64,000 nt of DNA from an uncultured Planctomycetaceae bacterium (GTDB lineage: Bacteria > Planctomycetota > Planctomycetia > Pirellulales > UBA1268), in the NCBI GenBank assembly GCA_903885565.1, contig CAISJI010000146.1, positions 6,389 to 70,388 on the forward strand, read 5' to 3'. The notes beneath the pieces are model-generated. The model saw nothing but the letters and a program-made list of their open reading frames with translations, did not search any database and was not told the DNA's origin. The translations under genes were made by a program, and so were the position numbers. Numbering within the stretch: position 1 is the stretch's first letter; every line of letters starts with the position of its first letter. Positions 38,977 to 48,882 of the stretch are shown piece after piece.

Positions 38977-40284
38977 TCAATGCGCCAACTGTTCCAGCCA
39001 CTGCGCCAGGGCCGGGTAGGTTTTTTCCCTGTCAAAAACCGCTTCGGCCATGCGTCGGGAGGCTTGGCGACAATCGTTGAGAAGGCGTCTGTTATCAGCC
39101 AAGCCGGTAAGCGCGCTGGCCAGTGAGGCCGCATCGCCACAGGTGTAGGGGACGCCAGCGCCGTAGTGATCGATCAGCCCAGCCAGTTCGCCGGGCAGGG
39201 AGTTGACCAGCGCCAAGCCCGCAGCGGCAAAGTCGCAGGCTTTGTAGGGCACAGCCACCAGCGATTCCGGTTTCACCAGCACCAACCCGACGTCGCATCT
39301 GGAGAGCAATTCAACATAGGCGCTGCGGTGGAGGAGCCCATGGATGATGACCCGACAGGATCCCGTCACGCTCGACGCGGCAGCGCGGAGCGACGCTTCC
39401 ATCCGGCCGGTGCCGGCGATATGAATCTCTGCGGGAGTGCCGGCGGCCGAGAGCCGTTTGGCTGCCGCGATCGCCGTATCGACGTCTTGACTGAGTTCCA
39501 GCGTGCCCGAGTAGACGCACACCAGCGGTTTTTGGGCCACTGGTTCGCTGGGAATCTCGTCGGCTGGCGGGAGCCGTGGAGGAGGCAAAAATTCCTGCAG
39601 ATAGGCCCCCAGGTAGCAGACGTGCAACGGCTTCTCGCGGGCTGCCGGATCCTCAGGCGCCATATCGTTGAGCACGGTATCGGCGTAGGTTTGGGTGGCA
39701 GAGGAAATGGCATCGGCAGAGCGGATGATTTCCCGCCGCCGTCGCTGCATGCCCCCGAGAAAGAATCGGGAGAGAAACGGCCGGAGCCAGCGGGGGCCGG
39801 GGATGAGTCGGTCGAACGTTTCCGGCCAGAGGTCCATCAAATCGACGACAAACTGGGAATCCATCCGGTGGGCGAGTTTGGCAGCGGCTTCTGGTCCCTC
39901 CAGAGGCGGCAGGCTTGAGAGAATGATGTCGGGGCGTTCCAACTGGCCGCTGGCCACCCCCTCCAGAGCCATGCGCTCCAGGGCTCTGCCAAAATCGCGG
40001 TGGCTGCGGAATCGGGACCACGACACATTCTTGGCATACGGCCGAACCGGCACGAGACGGACGGAAAAGCCCTCGTTCGCCACGACGCCGACCGGATTTT
40101 TCCGCACAGCCTTCCGCCGGTGGCTCCACGTTGAGCTCCACCAGATCACCTCGTGGCCACGGCCGGCCAACACCCGGCAGAGCGTCCAAAACCGCAGTGG
40201 CGGCAGGGCTTCGCCCGGGATGTCATCGAACGGATTGACAATCCAGATGGAGAGGGGATGGGGAGGAGGATCGAAACGGCTCAT
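38977..40284 (-). CDS. Glycosyltransferase, GT4 family (WbuB-like)
   Basis: IWIVNPFDD...P.R...L...L..RGHEV N-terminus and a GT-B C-terminal half (VCVYSGTL..., IHIAGTG, DFAAAGLALV). Confidence 0.75.
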   Translation of the reverse strand: MSRFDPPPHPLSIWIVNPFDDIPGEALPPLRFWTLCRVLAGRGHEVIWWSSTWSHRRKAVRKNPVGVVANEGFSVRLVPVRPYAKNVSWSRFRSHRDFGRALERMALEGVASGQLERPDIILSSLPPLEGPEAAAKLAHRMDSQFVVDLMDLWPETFDRLIPGPRWLRPFLSRFFLGGMQRRRREIIRSADAISSATQTYADTVLNDMAPEDPAAREKPLHVCYLGAYLQEFLPPPRLPPADEIPSEPVAQKPLVCVYSGTLELSQDVDTAIAAAKRLSAAGTPAEIHIAGTGRMEASLRAAASSVTGSCRVIIHGLLHRSAYVELLSRCDVGLVLVKPESLVAVPYKACDFAAAGLALVNSLPGELAGLIDHYGAGVPYTCGDAASLASALTGLADNRRLLNDCRQASRRMAEAVFDREKTYPALAQWLEQLAH

Positions 40285-40390
40285 GAGAGGAGATTATCAG
40301 ATGCGGTCCTGCAGGCAGAGCCTCCCCTGCCGCGCAGCCGTTTGGCAGCGGTCTGGGGCTGCCATGCTCGGGTGAGTGCACCCGGGAGGC

Positions 40391-43300
40391 CTACGTCCAG
40401 TCGCCGAGGGCCTCGACCGCTGCCGCCGATCCATCGCGCAGCCAGCCGTCGAGTTGGGCGATGTCCTTGAGTTGCTGGCCCCGCTGGCGTGGCACCACCA
40501 GAAACCGGCACGACACCTCCGGCAGGGCTGTCATGTCGCCCCACAGCTTTTCAAACTGGGCCACCGGGAAGATGTCTTCCTGCCCCTGTCCCCAGCGTTT
40601 TTTCACGTCCTTGAGCGTGACGTAGGTGGGCATCTTCGCGGCCACAGCCCTGATGCCGGCATCGATGCGGGCCGCGATCTCACCTGCCCGTGGCCCCACG
40701 CTGGCCAGCATGTCTGCCCGCGACAGTCCAAACACTTTCAGCAACTGATCAATGTCGATCCAGGTCGAGAGCGTGTTGTAGTAGCGGAGGCGGAATTCGT
40801 CTTCCTCGCGCGGCATCGCCAGCCCCTCGACCAGGCGCACGCGGCCGTTGACACGCGCCAAGCCGCCGCCGCGATCCTCGATCCGCCGTGGGATGACCTC
40901 GAAGCTCAAGGCCGATCCCCCACTGATATGGCAGCCGAGCAGAGCGGGATCGAGATCGGCCCCCACGGTGTCGATGTTGTGCAACAGAAGCCACCGCAAT
41001 TGCGGACGCTCTGTGAGGAGCCGCGCCAGCACCCCGTTGCGCAGCATGTTGGGAATCTCATACCAGTGTCCCACCGGGTGCAGGCACTGCTGGGAGATAT
41101 TGTCGGTGTAGTCGTTGCCTTCGCCCGATGTTTCAGCCCAGTTGATCAGCGCCGCATGGATGCTGTCGCGAACCTTCTGCTTCTGTTCGTCCAGAACCTG
41201 GTGCGACAGTTCTTCCCAGGCGAAGCGCAGATCGCGGGCCATGGGAATCATGCGCAGACCGACGGCCCTGCCCGGTGAGAGGATGACAGGCAGACCAGCC
41301 TCAGCAATCTGCCGGTGCGTGAGATGGCTGGTGGTGACGATGTGCGGCACATCTCCGCCAGCCAGCCGGGCGATCCGCTGCGTTTTGGCAAGGTGCACAT
41401 CGAGAAAGCTGCGGTGTCTGCCGGCGATGCGGCAGAACGGATGGAGCGCTTTGACGACTCCCGCCCCTTGCGTCCAGCGGCTGCCGATGCCGGCGGCGAG
41501 TGTCACCACGGCGGCCTCGCCACGGCCAATCGCTTCCATCCCCAGTCGCCGCATGGTTTCGTCGGGAACCGCCCCCCGATCAAAGCCGGTCACATCCTGA
41601 TTCTGCACATCTTCAATCACACTCGAGGCCGGCAGCCGGTTCTGCGCCAATCCAATCCGACCGCTGTGCAGATCGGAGCGGATCTGTTCGTGTTGCACCT
41701 CGTCGAAGCCGAGTTCGGCCAGAGTCGCCCGCAGCTCCCCCAAGTTCGTCCGGCCGCCGACTTCGCGGGGAAACAGCCGGTCAAAAAGGGAGTGAATCAT
41801 CCCGGAAAGCTCCGGCTTGGTGCGGCAGGCCTCACCAAAGGAGTCGAGTTCGGCACGCCGCGAGGGGGAGAGTTCGCGACGGTCGGTCTTGAGCAGTTGA
41901 GGAATGGTCAGGACGTAGTAGCCCGCCGGCATGATGGCCTGTGAGCCATCGAGCAGATCGCACCAGGTGCCATGTGTGTTGACGGCGAAGTCATACACGA
42001 CCGGTTCCATGGCAAACGGCAACGCATGCTGCAACTTTCGCTTGGTGTCGGCCATGATCTCGGCCAGCGCCGCCTGGGCCTCCGCCTTCACCTCCGGCGC
42101 GACAATGAATCCCATCCCGCCCCCCGACATGCCGCCGAGCATCCAAAACCCCCAGAACCGGCTGCCGAACCGCTCGCGCACACGGTCGATCAGGGTTTCG
42201 GTGTAGATGTTGGTGGCCCAGGGGATGATGGTTTGGATGGGACCAAAGAAATTGCGCGTCGTGGCGGCTGAAATTCTTGGCACGTCCCCCGCTTCCACCG
42301 CCGAGATGATCTCGTCGAGCACCTCCCCCGCCTCCACCCGCGCGTTCCACTCGGCAGCGGAACGCAGCAGGTATTTCTCGGTGACCATCTCGAGGATGGG
42401 GCCCACATTCTGTGCCATGCCGCCATGCACGAGCACGAGCGAGTCCTGCAGGCTGGCGCCCAGAGGGACCGGATCGTGACGGGGCAGGAGCCGGCCACGG
42501 CTGGCGCCAAACTCAGGATCCCCCTCGGTCGCTACGACGCCGCGGATCAGCTTGGCGGCGGGCCAGATGCCGCCGGAATCCTGCCAGCCCCCGCCGCTTC
42601 CCCCCAGCCATTCCCCCAGAATCGCCCGGGCCGCAACCAGCCTGCGTTCCGCTTCCTCAAGCGGGCCGGTGAGCGATCGCGCCTGACCGGTGGCCCGCAT
42701 GCAGACAGCGATGAGCGCCGCGAGCAGATTGGTCGAGACTGCCAGCCGCGAACCCTTGGGAATATTATTGACGCTGCTGACCAGTTCCAAGCCGAGCCCC
42801 GGGCCCACCACCCGGGCCAGCAGATCGGCGAGGCTCGCCCCCGAGCCCTCGATTCCCGGCGGGACGATGCCAGCGGCAATCACCGCCGCCTTGAGCAGGC
42901 CGAGATGATCTCGGGCGAAATCAAACACCTCCCCGAGATCGCTGATCTCGGCAGATGCCCCCAGATCGACACTCGTCAGCCGCAGAACCGGGGTGTCGAT
43001 CACCCGCAGATAGGCTTCCACCGGTGGCTTCGGCGCGGCGTCGCGGCCATGCACGCCGAGATCGATCGACACATTGAGAACCCGGGCGCCCTCGGGATGG
43101 TCCATGCCCAGAAAGAAGATGTCGCTCCAGCCGGCGTGCGAGAGGTCCATCCGCACCGGCGTCGATTCGCGGAGCACTGGGAAGGTCTTGCCCTGCTCCG
43201 CAGCTGTGCCGCGCGATGCCAGTAATTCCGGGCGGATGCGCAGCGAATGGTCGGCCGGATGGCCGACGCGAAACATCCACTGGTTGCCCCGCAGCGACCG

Positions 43301-43708
43301 AACACTGCGGCGCACCTGATTGGCGAGCGTTTGCAGGCCAAGTTCGCGATAGCTGACCGCCAGAGCACTCGACAGGGCATCGGAGGGGCCATGGTCGGCC
43401 TGATGCTGGAGGAAGGCCTCGATCGCTTCCTCAAACCGACGGTTGAGCAGCAATTCGTAGCCGGCGTGGGGGATCAGCGCTGCTCCCCTCCCCACGAGCG
43501 CTGTTGGCAGGTGATAGCGATGGATGCAGGACAGAAAAAACAGCGCCCGCACACGCTCATAGAGGCTTGGGCTCTCGCGCCGGAAGGCCTCCAGGGCCGC
43601 GCATTCGGCAAGCAGTGTCTCGGGGGATGCCCCCTGGCAGACGCTTTCGATGGAGCGGTTGCGCTCGGCAGGATCGGTGGCGGCGATAATCGCGACGAGT
43701 GTGCTCAT
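40391..43708 (-). CDS. 1105-aa fusion: unknown N-terminal domain + fucokinase-type GHMP kinase-like domain + UDPGP-family nucleotidyltransferase
   Basis: GHMP part: [13 protein letters not shown] (43121-43153), [10 protein letters not shown] (degenerate motif II, 42731-42760), GGGWQD (42578-42595), [15 protein letters not shown] part: [30 protein letters not shown]. Coding status is confident; function is inferred. Confidence 0.6.
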   Translation of the reverse strand: MSTLVAIIAATDPAERNRSIESVCQGASPETLLAECAALEAFRRESPSLYERVRALFFLSCIHRYHLPTALVGRGAALIPHAGYELLLNRRFEEAIEAFLQHQADHGPSDALSSALAVSYRELGLQTLANQVRRSVRSLRGNQWMFRVGHPADHSLRIRPELLASRGTAAEQGKTFPVLRESTPVRMDLSHAGWSDIFFLGMDHPEGARVLNVSIDLGVHGRDAAPKPPVEAYLRVIDTPVLRLTSVDLGASAEISDLGEVFDFARDHLGLLKAAVIAAGIVPPGIEGSGASLADLLARVVGPGLGLELVSSVNNIPKGSRLAVSTNLLAALIAVCMRATGQARSLTGPLEEAERRLVAARAILGEWLGGSGGGWQDSGGIWPAAKLIRGVVATEGDPEFGASRGRLLPRHDPVPLGASLQDSLVLVHGGMAQNVGPILEMVTEKYLLRSAAEWNARVEAGEVLDEIISAVEAGDVPRISAATTRNFFGPIQTIIPWATNIYTETLIDRVRERFGSRFWGFWMLGGMSGGGMGFIVAPEVKAEAQAALAEIMADTKRKLQHALPFAMEPVVYDFAVNTHGTWCDLLDGSQAIMPAGYYVLTIPQLLKTDRRELSPSRRAELDSFGEACRTKPELSGMIHSLFDRLFPREVGGRTNLGELRATLAELGFDEVQHEQIRSDLHSGRIGLAQNRLPASSVIEDVQNQDVTGFDRGAVPDETMRRLGMEAIGRGEAAVVTLAAGIGSRWTQGAGVVKALHPFCRIAGRHRSFLDVHLAKTQRIARLAGGDVPHIVTTSHLTHRQIAEAGLPVILSPGRAVGLRMIPMARDLRFAWEELSHQVLDEQKQKVRDSIHAALINWAETSGEGNDYTDNISQQCLHPVGHWYEIPNMLRNGVLARLLTERPQLRWLLLHNIDTVGADLDPALLGCHISGGSALSFEVIPRRIEDRGGGLARVNGRVRLVEGLAMPREEDEFRLRYYNTLSTWIDIDQLLKVFGLSRADMLASVGPRAGEIAARIDAGIRAVAAKMPTYVTLKDVKKRWGQGQEDIFPVAQFEKLWGDMTALPEVSCRFLVVPRQRGQQLKDIAQLDGWLRDGSAAAVEALGDWT

Positions 43709-44544
43709 GAAGACCCTGGTTGACGAGCGAGGAGTTCTACCAACTGGCTGAGCACGTCGGCCCGATCCTTTCCCGCCAGAGCGAGGGCAAACTGAGCCGT
43801 CAGCAGGCCATAGGGAACCCCCAGGTTGTATCGATTGCCCTGCGTTTCGAAGGCCAGATAGCGCTCTCTGCCGGCGAGCTTCCCCAGCGCCGATGACAGC
43901 TGCCGGCGTCCGGCGTCTCCGCCGTTTTCGAGCAGTTCAAAGACTGTCGGCGTGAGGACATGCATGCCGAAGAAGCAGAGATAATGGCCGGCACGCAGGC
44001 CAGGCACAATCAATTCCTGCTCGGCTTGGGTGGGAGTCGGTTTCTCCAGCACCGTATCGATGTCATAGAGATTGCGGCTGTGGGCCACGCGACGGCCACC
44101 AATGGCGCCGAAATAAGGAAGCATGTTTTCCCGTGTCGGCTGCACCGCCGACACAGCACATTCCTCCGCCTCGGCAACAGCGACCAACTGCTGCGCGCAG
44201 CGGAGGCTTGAATCACTCACATAGAGATGATCGCCCACGAAATGGAGGAAGGGTTCGTCGCCGACGAACCGGTGCGCACAGCAGACGGCATGGCCGTAGC
44301 CCAAGGGCTCGGGCTGGGGGATGAGTTCCAGTCGCGTCGGTGACTTGCCGGCGGCGGCGCCAAACAGCGCCTCATCTCCCGGACGCACCACCACGGCGAT
44401 TTCATGAGCGCCGGCCGCGACCGCCTCTTCGACAATGATTTCCAGCGCCGACTTCGCGACGCCATCGCGGTCGACCAGGCGCTGCAGGGGCAGTTCCTGC
44501 TGATCCCGGCCCGCGGCGGTAATGACCGCTCGTTTGATCTTCAT
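43705..44544 (-). CDS. Sugar-phosphate nucleotidyltransferase-fold protein (GalU-like) with atypical N-terminal signature
   Basis: ATG at 44544 verified. [21 protein letters not shown] aligns with the GalU sequence AVIPAAGLGTRFLPATK but lacks GxGTR and the Lys. Later LGYGHAV and VLEKP are GalU-like. The stop overlaps the next ATG (ATGA, 43705-43708). Confidence 0.65.
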   Translation of the reverse strand: MKIKRAVITAAGRDQQELPLQRLVDRDGVAKSALEIIVEEAVAAGAHEIAVVVRPGDEALFGAAAGKSPTRLELIPQPEPLGYGHAVCCAHRFVGDEPFLHFVGDHLYVSDSSLRCAQQLVAVAEAEECAVSAVQPTRENMLPYFGAIGGRRVAHSRNLYDIDTVLEKPTPTQAEQELIVPGLRAGHYLCFFGMHVLTPTVFELLENGGDAGRRQLSSALGKLAGRERYLAFETQGNRYNLGVPYGLLTAQFALALAGKDRADVLSQLVELLARQPGSS

Positions 44545-44693
44545 GCAGTGTACTCTGGAGGATAGATAATCTTGAGCATTGCGTAGGTGATCCGGGAAAG
44601 CAACTGGCCCCCGCGTCCCAGCCGAAGTCCAGTTTTTCGGGCCGTTGCGAACGCCTGCCGGGCACAACTCCAGACAACGCTTGGTAAACAGTG

Positions 44694-45776
44694 ATGGCTG
44701 CCCAAACGCCCAGTGTCAGCGTGGTGCTTCCGGTCTTTGACGGGGAGGCGTATCTCGTTCAGGCGGTGGAGAGCATCCTTGCCCAGTCGCTGAACACCAT
44801 CGAACTGATCGCGATCGACGACGGTTCGCGGGATCGTTCGCTTGAGATATTAAGGGCCCATGCTGCGGCCGACCCGCGTCTGCGGGTTGTCACCCGCGGG
44901 AATCGCGGACTCGTGGCGACGTTGAACGAGGCGATTGCCCTGGCAGAATCGGAATTCGTCGCGATCATGAACGCCGACGATGTCTCGCTTCCCACCCGGC
45001 TGGAAAAGCAGCTGGTTTTCCTCCAGACACATTCGCAGGTGGCGGTGGTGGGGTGTCAGGTGCAACTGCTCACCAGCGGCAGTGCCCCATCGATCGTCGC
45101 CAGACTGCCGGTGGAGCCGGCAGCGGTCAGGGCGTTTCTCCCGCTGGCCTCGCCAGTGGCCCACCCGGCGGTCATGTTCCGGCGTCAGGCGGTGATGGCC
45201 TGCGGGCTCTATCGAGAGCAGATGATGCCGGCTGAGGACTATGACCTCTGGCTGCGGATCTCGGAGCACCACGACATCGCCAACCTTCCCGAAGTGTTGC
45301 TGCAGTATCGGCTCCATGCCGGGCAGGTATCGGCCAACCGCTTTGAAGCGGTGGCGGCGGCGACGCTCGCGGCACAGATGGCGAGCCGGTGTCGGCTCCG
45401 GGGGGAGCCTGATCCGCTGGAAGGCGTGGCGGTCCTCTCCCCTGCGGTGCTTGAGCGCATGGGGATTGAGCAGGACCAGATCGCCCGGCAGACGCTGAGG
45501 AACGTGCTTTGGAGAGCCGAAATGCATCTGGCTGCCTCGCGGCGTCCGGCCGATGCCCGCTCCCTGATGGATGCGATGTCGGACCACTGGGCGGCCGCCA
45601 TGCACCCACGGCTTTGGCGTGCCTCCGCCCACTGGCTGGAGGCACGGTGTGCCGCTTGTGAGCGGCGGTTCCTCACCGCTGCGGGCCTCGGAGTGGCTGC
45701 CATCGCCGAGGACGAGGGACTACGGCGCAGAGTCATCAGTCGCGTCTGGCCGGGAGCCACTCCCCGCTCTGGGTGA
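44694..45776 (+). CDS. Glycosyltransferase, GT2 family
   Basis: [25 protein letters not shown]...IDDGSRDRS...NADD is the GT2 DxD-type N-terminal domain. The track start at 44691 is GTG and the ATG is at 44694. This is the only plus-strand gene inside the locus. Confidence 0.85.
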   Translation: MAAQTPSVSVVLPVFDGEAYLVQAVESILAQSLNTIELIAIDDGSRDRSLEILRAHAAADPRLRVVTRGNRGLVATLNEAIALAESEFVAIMNADDVSLPTRLEKQLVFLQTHSQVAVVGCQVQLLTSGSAPSIVARLPVEPAAVRAFLPLASPVAHPAVMFRRQAVMACGLYREQMMPAEDYDLWLRISEHHDIANLPEVLLQYRLHAGQVSANRFEAVAAATLAAQMASRCRLRGEPDPLEGVAVLSPAVLERMGIEQDQIARQTLRNVLWRAEMHLAASRRPADARSLMDAMSDHWAAAMHPRLWRASAHWLEARCAACERRFLTAAGLGVAAIAEDEGLRRRVISRVWPGATPRSG

Positions 45777-45805
45777 ACTGCATTCCCCGGCCTCAGCGCG
45801 AGGGA

Positions 45806-46936
45806 TCAACGTAAGGCCTGGAGAATCTTCTCCGCAGCGATCGGACCAAAAGCCGCACACAGCCAGCGGTAGAGCGGCCTGCCATGGCTGGCGGCAGGAT
45901 CAAGGTTTCTCGCCTCCTGAAAATATTTCCGGGCGACGGAGGCGTTGCCCTGCTGGGCGATCCGTCGGCCATTTTTCCACAGATAGATGGCAAACCCCCG
46001 GGCCAATGGCGGCGGAAGAGGCCATCCGAACCGCTCCTTGGCCAGAGCCACATGCCTGCGCAGGGATTCCAGCCTGCCTTCGGCCACCGCTGCCTCGCCG
46101 TCCCGGCTGCTGATCCGCGGGCCGGCATGCTGCCGGTAGCAGTAGACGTTGCCCGGTTGGTGATGGAAATCGATGCGGTGAAGCCACATGCGGACATGCA
46201 GGTCGTGTTCCTGACCGCGGGGCACTCGTTCATCGAAGCCGCCCACCTCCCTCACCAGTGCCGTGCGGTGGAGCGGAGCGCTCGTCAGCGGGGCGTGCAA
46301 CACAAACGACTCGCCCAGCCTGATGCTGGCAGCGGCGCCGGGAGGCTGCGCGATCGGCTGGCCCGTTGCATCCACCCACAGCACATCGCCAAAGACGGAA
46401 ACGCGGGCACCGGGCATGGTTTCCAGAGAGCGCACCTGCTCGGCCAGAGCGCCAGGAATGAGATAGTCATCGGCGTCGAGAAATTTGACATAGGGTTTCC
46501 GGCAGGCCGCCAAGCCGATGTTCCTTGCCCGGCAGGCCCCCCGGCCTTCTCCCTGCAGCACGCCGATTCGATCCCCGTAGGTCGATAGCAGCGAAAGGCT
46601 GTCGTCTGTGGAACCGTCATCGACAACCAGCACCTCAACTGCGACGGTCTGCTCCGCCAGCGCAGAATCGATCGCCTCCCGGAGGAAATGCGCCTGGTTG
46701 CGGTTGGCAATCACAATGCTGACGCCCTGTTCGGCGTCGCCACATCCCGCTGAAGGACCAGGAGCAGGACCAACCGCCTGCGTGTGCTTCGCCGTGAGGA
46801 TGGCATTGGCAGGATGGGCCACGGGATGTCTCGATGTACGGTCTGGTGTGAGATTGCTGCGCCACAGCGGCGCAGCTACCGGATCTTTTTTTCCCGACAC
46901 GCGTCGCCGGCCGCGGTCAGCCAGCGTGTCGCCCAT
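45806..46936 (-). CDS. Glycosyltransferase, GT2 family
   Basis: VSIVIANRNQAHFLREAIDSAL...VVDDGSTDDS...LDADD. The roughly 70 aa N-terminal to the GT2 domain overlap the upstream gene by 61 nt, so the true start is uncertain. Confidence 0.8.
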   Translation of the reverse strand: MGDTLADRGRRRVSGKKDPVAAPLWRSNLTPDRTSRHPVAHPANAILTAKHTQAVGPAPGPSAGCGDAEQGVSIVIANRNQAHFLREAIDSALAEQTVAVEVLVVDDGSTDDSLSLLSTYGDRIGVLQGEGRGACRARNIGLAACRKPYVKFLDADDYLIPGALAEQVRSLETMPGARVSVFGDVLWVDATGQPIAQPPGAAASIRLGESFVLHAPLTSAPLHRTALVREVGGFDERVPRGQEHDLHVRMWLHRIDFHHQPGNVYCYRQHAGPRISSRDGEAAVAEGRLESLRRHVALAKERFGWPLPPPLARGFAIYLWKNGRRIAQQGNASVARKYFQEARNLDPAASHGRPLYRWLCAAFGPIAAEKILQALR

Positions 46937-47949
46937 TCCTCGGCGGAGTAGGGGGCGGCAAAATCTCTGGCCCGGCCGCCGATCGCAGCCAAGTCAGGGG
47001 CGTGGTGGACGCGGAGGAGGGCTTTCTGCAGTTCGCCCGCGTCTCCAGTGGCACAGGTAAATCCCGAATACCCATCCCGCACGATTTCGACCGCGGAACC
47101 GCAGGCATTGCTGCAGATAACCGGCAGACCCGCAGCGCTCGATTCCACCAATGCCAGCGGCCAGGGATCGTAGCGGCTGGGGAGGATGAATGCCCCGCTG
47201 CGCACCATCTCGGCATGCACCTCGTGCGGCTGGAGAAAACCCCGATCGACCACGCCATCGTGGCCGCGCAGTGATTGGGCCAGCGGCCCCTTTCCACAGC
47301 AAACCAGCGGCCAGGGATTCTCCACGGCCCGCGCGTATCGGGCGTAGGCATCGAGGAGAACGTCGAGGCCTTTTTCCGGGGCATACCGCCCGGCAAAGAG
47401 AAATTGCCGCGGCCATGGGCCCGCCGCAAGCCGCTGCTCATGCAACTGTGAAAGGGGGGCGTAATCGACTCCGTAGACGCCGCGGCGGATGTGCGCTTCG
47501 GGAAAGCCGAGCCGACGTGCATATTGCCAGCAGCGTTCGCCGGTCACCATCGCCACATCGATATGCGACAGATAGCCGCGGAAGGCGTAACGGGCCAAAT
47601 GCTGCCTGAGCGTGCCGCGCCAGGGCGTGTCCATCCCCATGAAGAAGCGGATGTGACCAAATTCCCGGCGCGACGCGAGCGACCGGTAGGCCGGATTCAG
47701 CCAGCCCGCGAGGATCACGACGTCCGGATTGAAATCATGGACGTGCCTTGCCAGCAGCGAGGCATCGAAGCGATCGGCCTCGTTCAGCGGTAACCAGTTC
47801 ACTCCCTCCATGAGGCTGTGGGAAAAAGCCGTGGCCTGGCTTGAGTCATAGGCGGCAACGCGAACGTCAACTCCCTCACGGCGGCTCATGGCGCGCCAGC
47901 AGGAGGACATGTAGCCAGAGATGTCGGTCCAGAAGACGTGGATTTTCAT
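46876..47949 (-). CDS. Glycosyltransferase, GT4 family
   Basis: The track start at 47958 is TTG. The ATG at 47949 gives MKIHVFW. GT-B C-terminal half: FLFAGRYAPEKGLDVLL, PSRYDPWPLALVESSAAGLPVI. Confidence 0.8.
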   Translation of the reverse strand: MKIHVFWTDISGYMSSCWRAMSRREGVDVRVAAYDSSQATAFSHSLMEGVNWLPLNEADRFDASLLARHVHDFNPDVVILAGWLNPAYRSLASRREFGHIRFFMGMDTPWRGTLRQHLARYAFRGYLSHIDVAMVTGERCWQYARRLGFPEAHIRRGVYGVDYAPLSQLHEQRLAAGPWPRQFLFAGRYAPEKGLDVLLDAYARYARAVENPWPLVCCGKGPLAQSLRGHDGVVDRGFLQPHEVHAEMVRSGAFILPSRYDPWPLALVESSAAGLPVICSNACGSAVEIVRDGYSGFTCATGDAGELQKALLRVHHAPDLAAIGGRARDFAAPYSAEEWATRWLTAAGDACREKKIR

Positions 47950-47988
47950 CGCGTTCAAGGATTTCCTGGGCCAAGCATGCGTTGCCGA

Positions 47989-48882
47989 TCACGCGCGGAG
48001 GGCCACATAGGCAAGATAACCATAGCTGAGATCGAGCGACTCGAATTCCTGCTCCAAGCCGGCGATGGCCGGATCAACTGCGGTGAACAGCGGGGGGATC
48101 GGTTCAAAAGACCCGGTCCAGGGGCCTCCCCAGTTGTTGCCCGGTGCTAAAGCGACAGCAGGAAACTCAAGATAGGTCTGCAGGTGTTTCGCCAGATTTG
48201 CCCGGTCAGACGTATTTGGCGGCACGAGAAGATGCTGGCCGGCGCCGCACCAGCGCAGCAGCGGCTCAAGAACCAACCGTTTGGCGGCCTGTCGCGGTTG
48301 CCAGGCATAGGCGGAGGTCATCTGAAGATGCGGATGCCCGCAGCCTGCCTGGAGATGGCGCAGCGAATAAAAATCCCCCTCGCCGCATGGATAGTTGTCT
48401 TCGAAGATCGCGTGGCGAAAACCGAGCCAAGCCATATCTTTGAGCCGGCTATAGGCGTTTTGATGATCGTCAAAAAAAAGGACTGCCTGAGCGACATCAC
48501 TCCCCGACCAGTCGATGCGGGTGAAGTCGTCGGTCGTATAGCGGACCCTGGGACTGGAATAGATCCTGCGCTCCGGTCGTGGATCGATGGCCACGATCTC
48601 CGCGCCGGGAGCGGCCTGCTCAATGAGCCAGGTCGAATGCCCCCTCCAGACGCCCGACTCCACCACCAACCGCGGCTGCATCTGTCGCAGGATGAACCAT
48701 GTGGCAAAGGAATGGTTCAGCCCCATGCCCCCGGCGTTGTCGAGGATGGGGCGGCGCCGGTAGACCTCGATGAATTCCGGCAGGCTCTCGCGAGCACGCT
48801 GACAATCGAACGTGAAAGCATCCATACACAAAGCGGGCCAGCCCGAATTTTTTCCCAGGAGGCGAGGGTCGACACAAGTCAC
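47989..48882 (-). CDS. Hypothetical protein; possible CmcI-like class I methyltransferase fold (putative sugar O-methyltransferase)
   Basis: PRLVVESGVWRGHSTWLIEQAAPGAEIVAIDP resembles a SAM-binding motif I of the CmcI/cephalosporin-hydroxylase type, and FFDDHQNAY resembles the later acidic motif. GTG start at 48882 overlaps the wzy-like stop (GTGA); an alternative ATG is at 48825. This is a weak call. Confidence 0.4.
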   Translation of the reverse strand: MTCVDPRLLGKNSGWPALCMDAFTFDCQRARESLPEFIEVYRRRPILDNAGGMGLNHSFATWFILRQMQPRLVVESGVWRGHSTWLIEQAAPGAEIVAIDPRPERRIYSSPRVRYTTDDFTRIDWSGSDVAQAVLFFDDHQNAYSRLKDMAWLGFRHAIFEDNYPCGEGDFYSLRHLQAGCGHPHLQMTSAYAWQPRQAAKRLVLEPLLRWCGAGQHLLVPPNTSDRANLAKHLQTYLEFPAVALAPGNNWGGPWTGSFEPIPPLFTAVDPAIAGLEQEFESLDLSYGYLAYVALRA

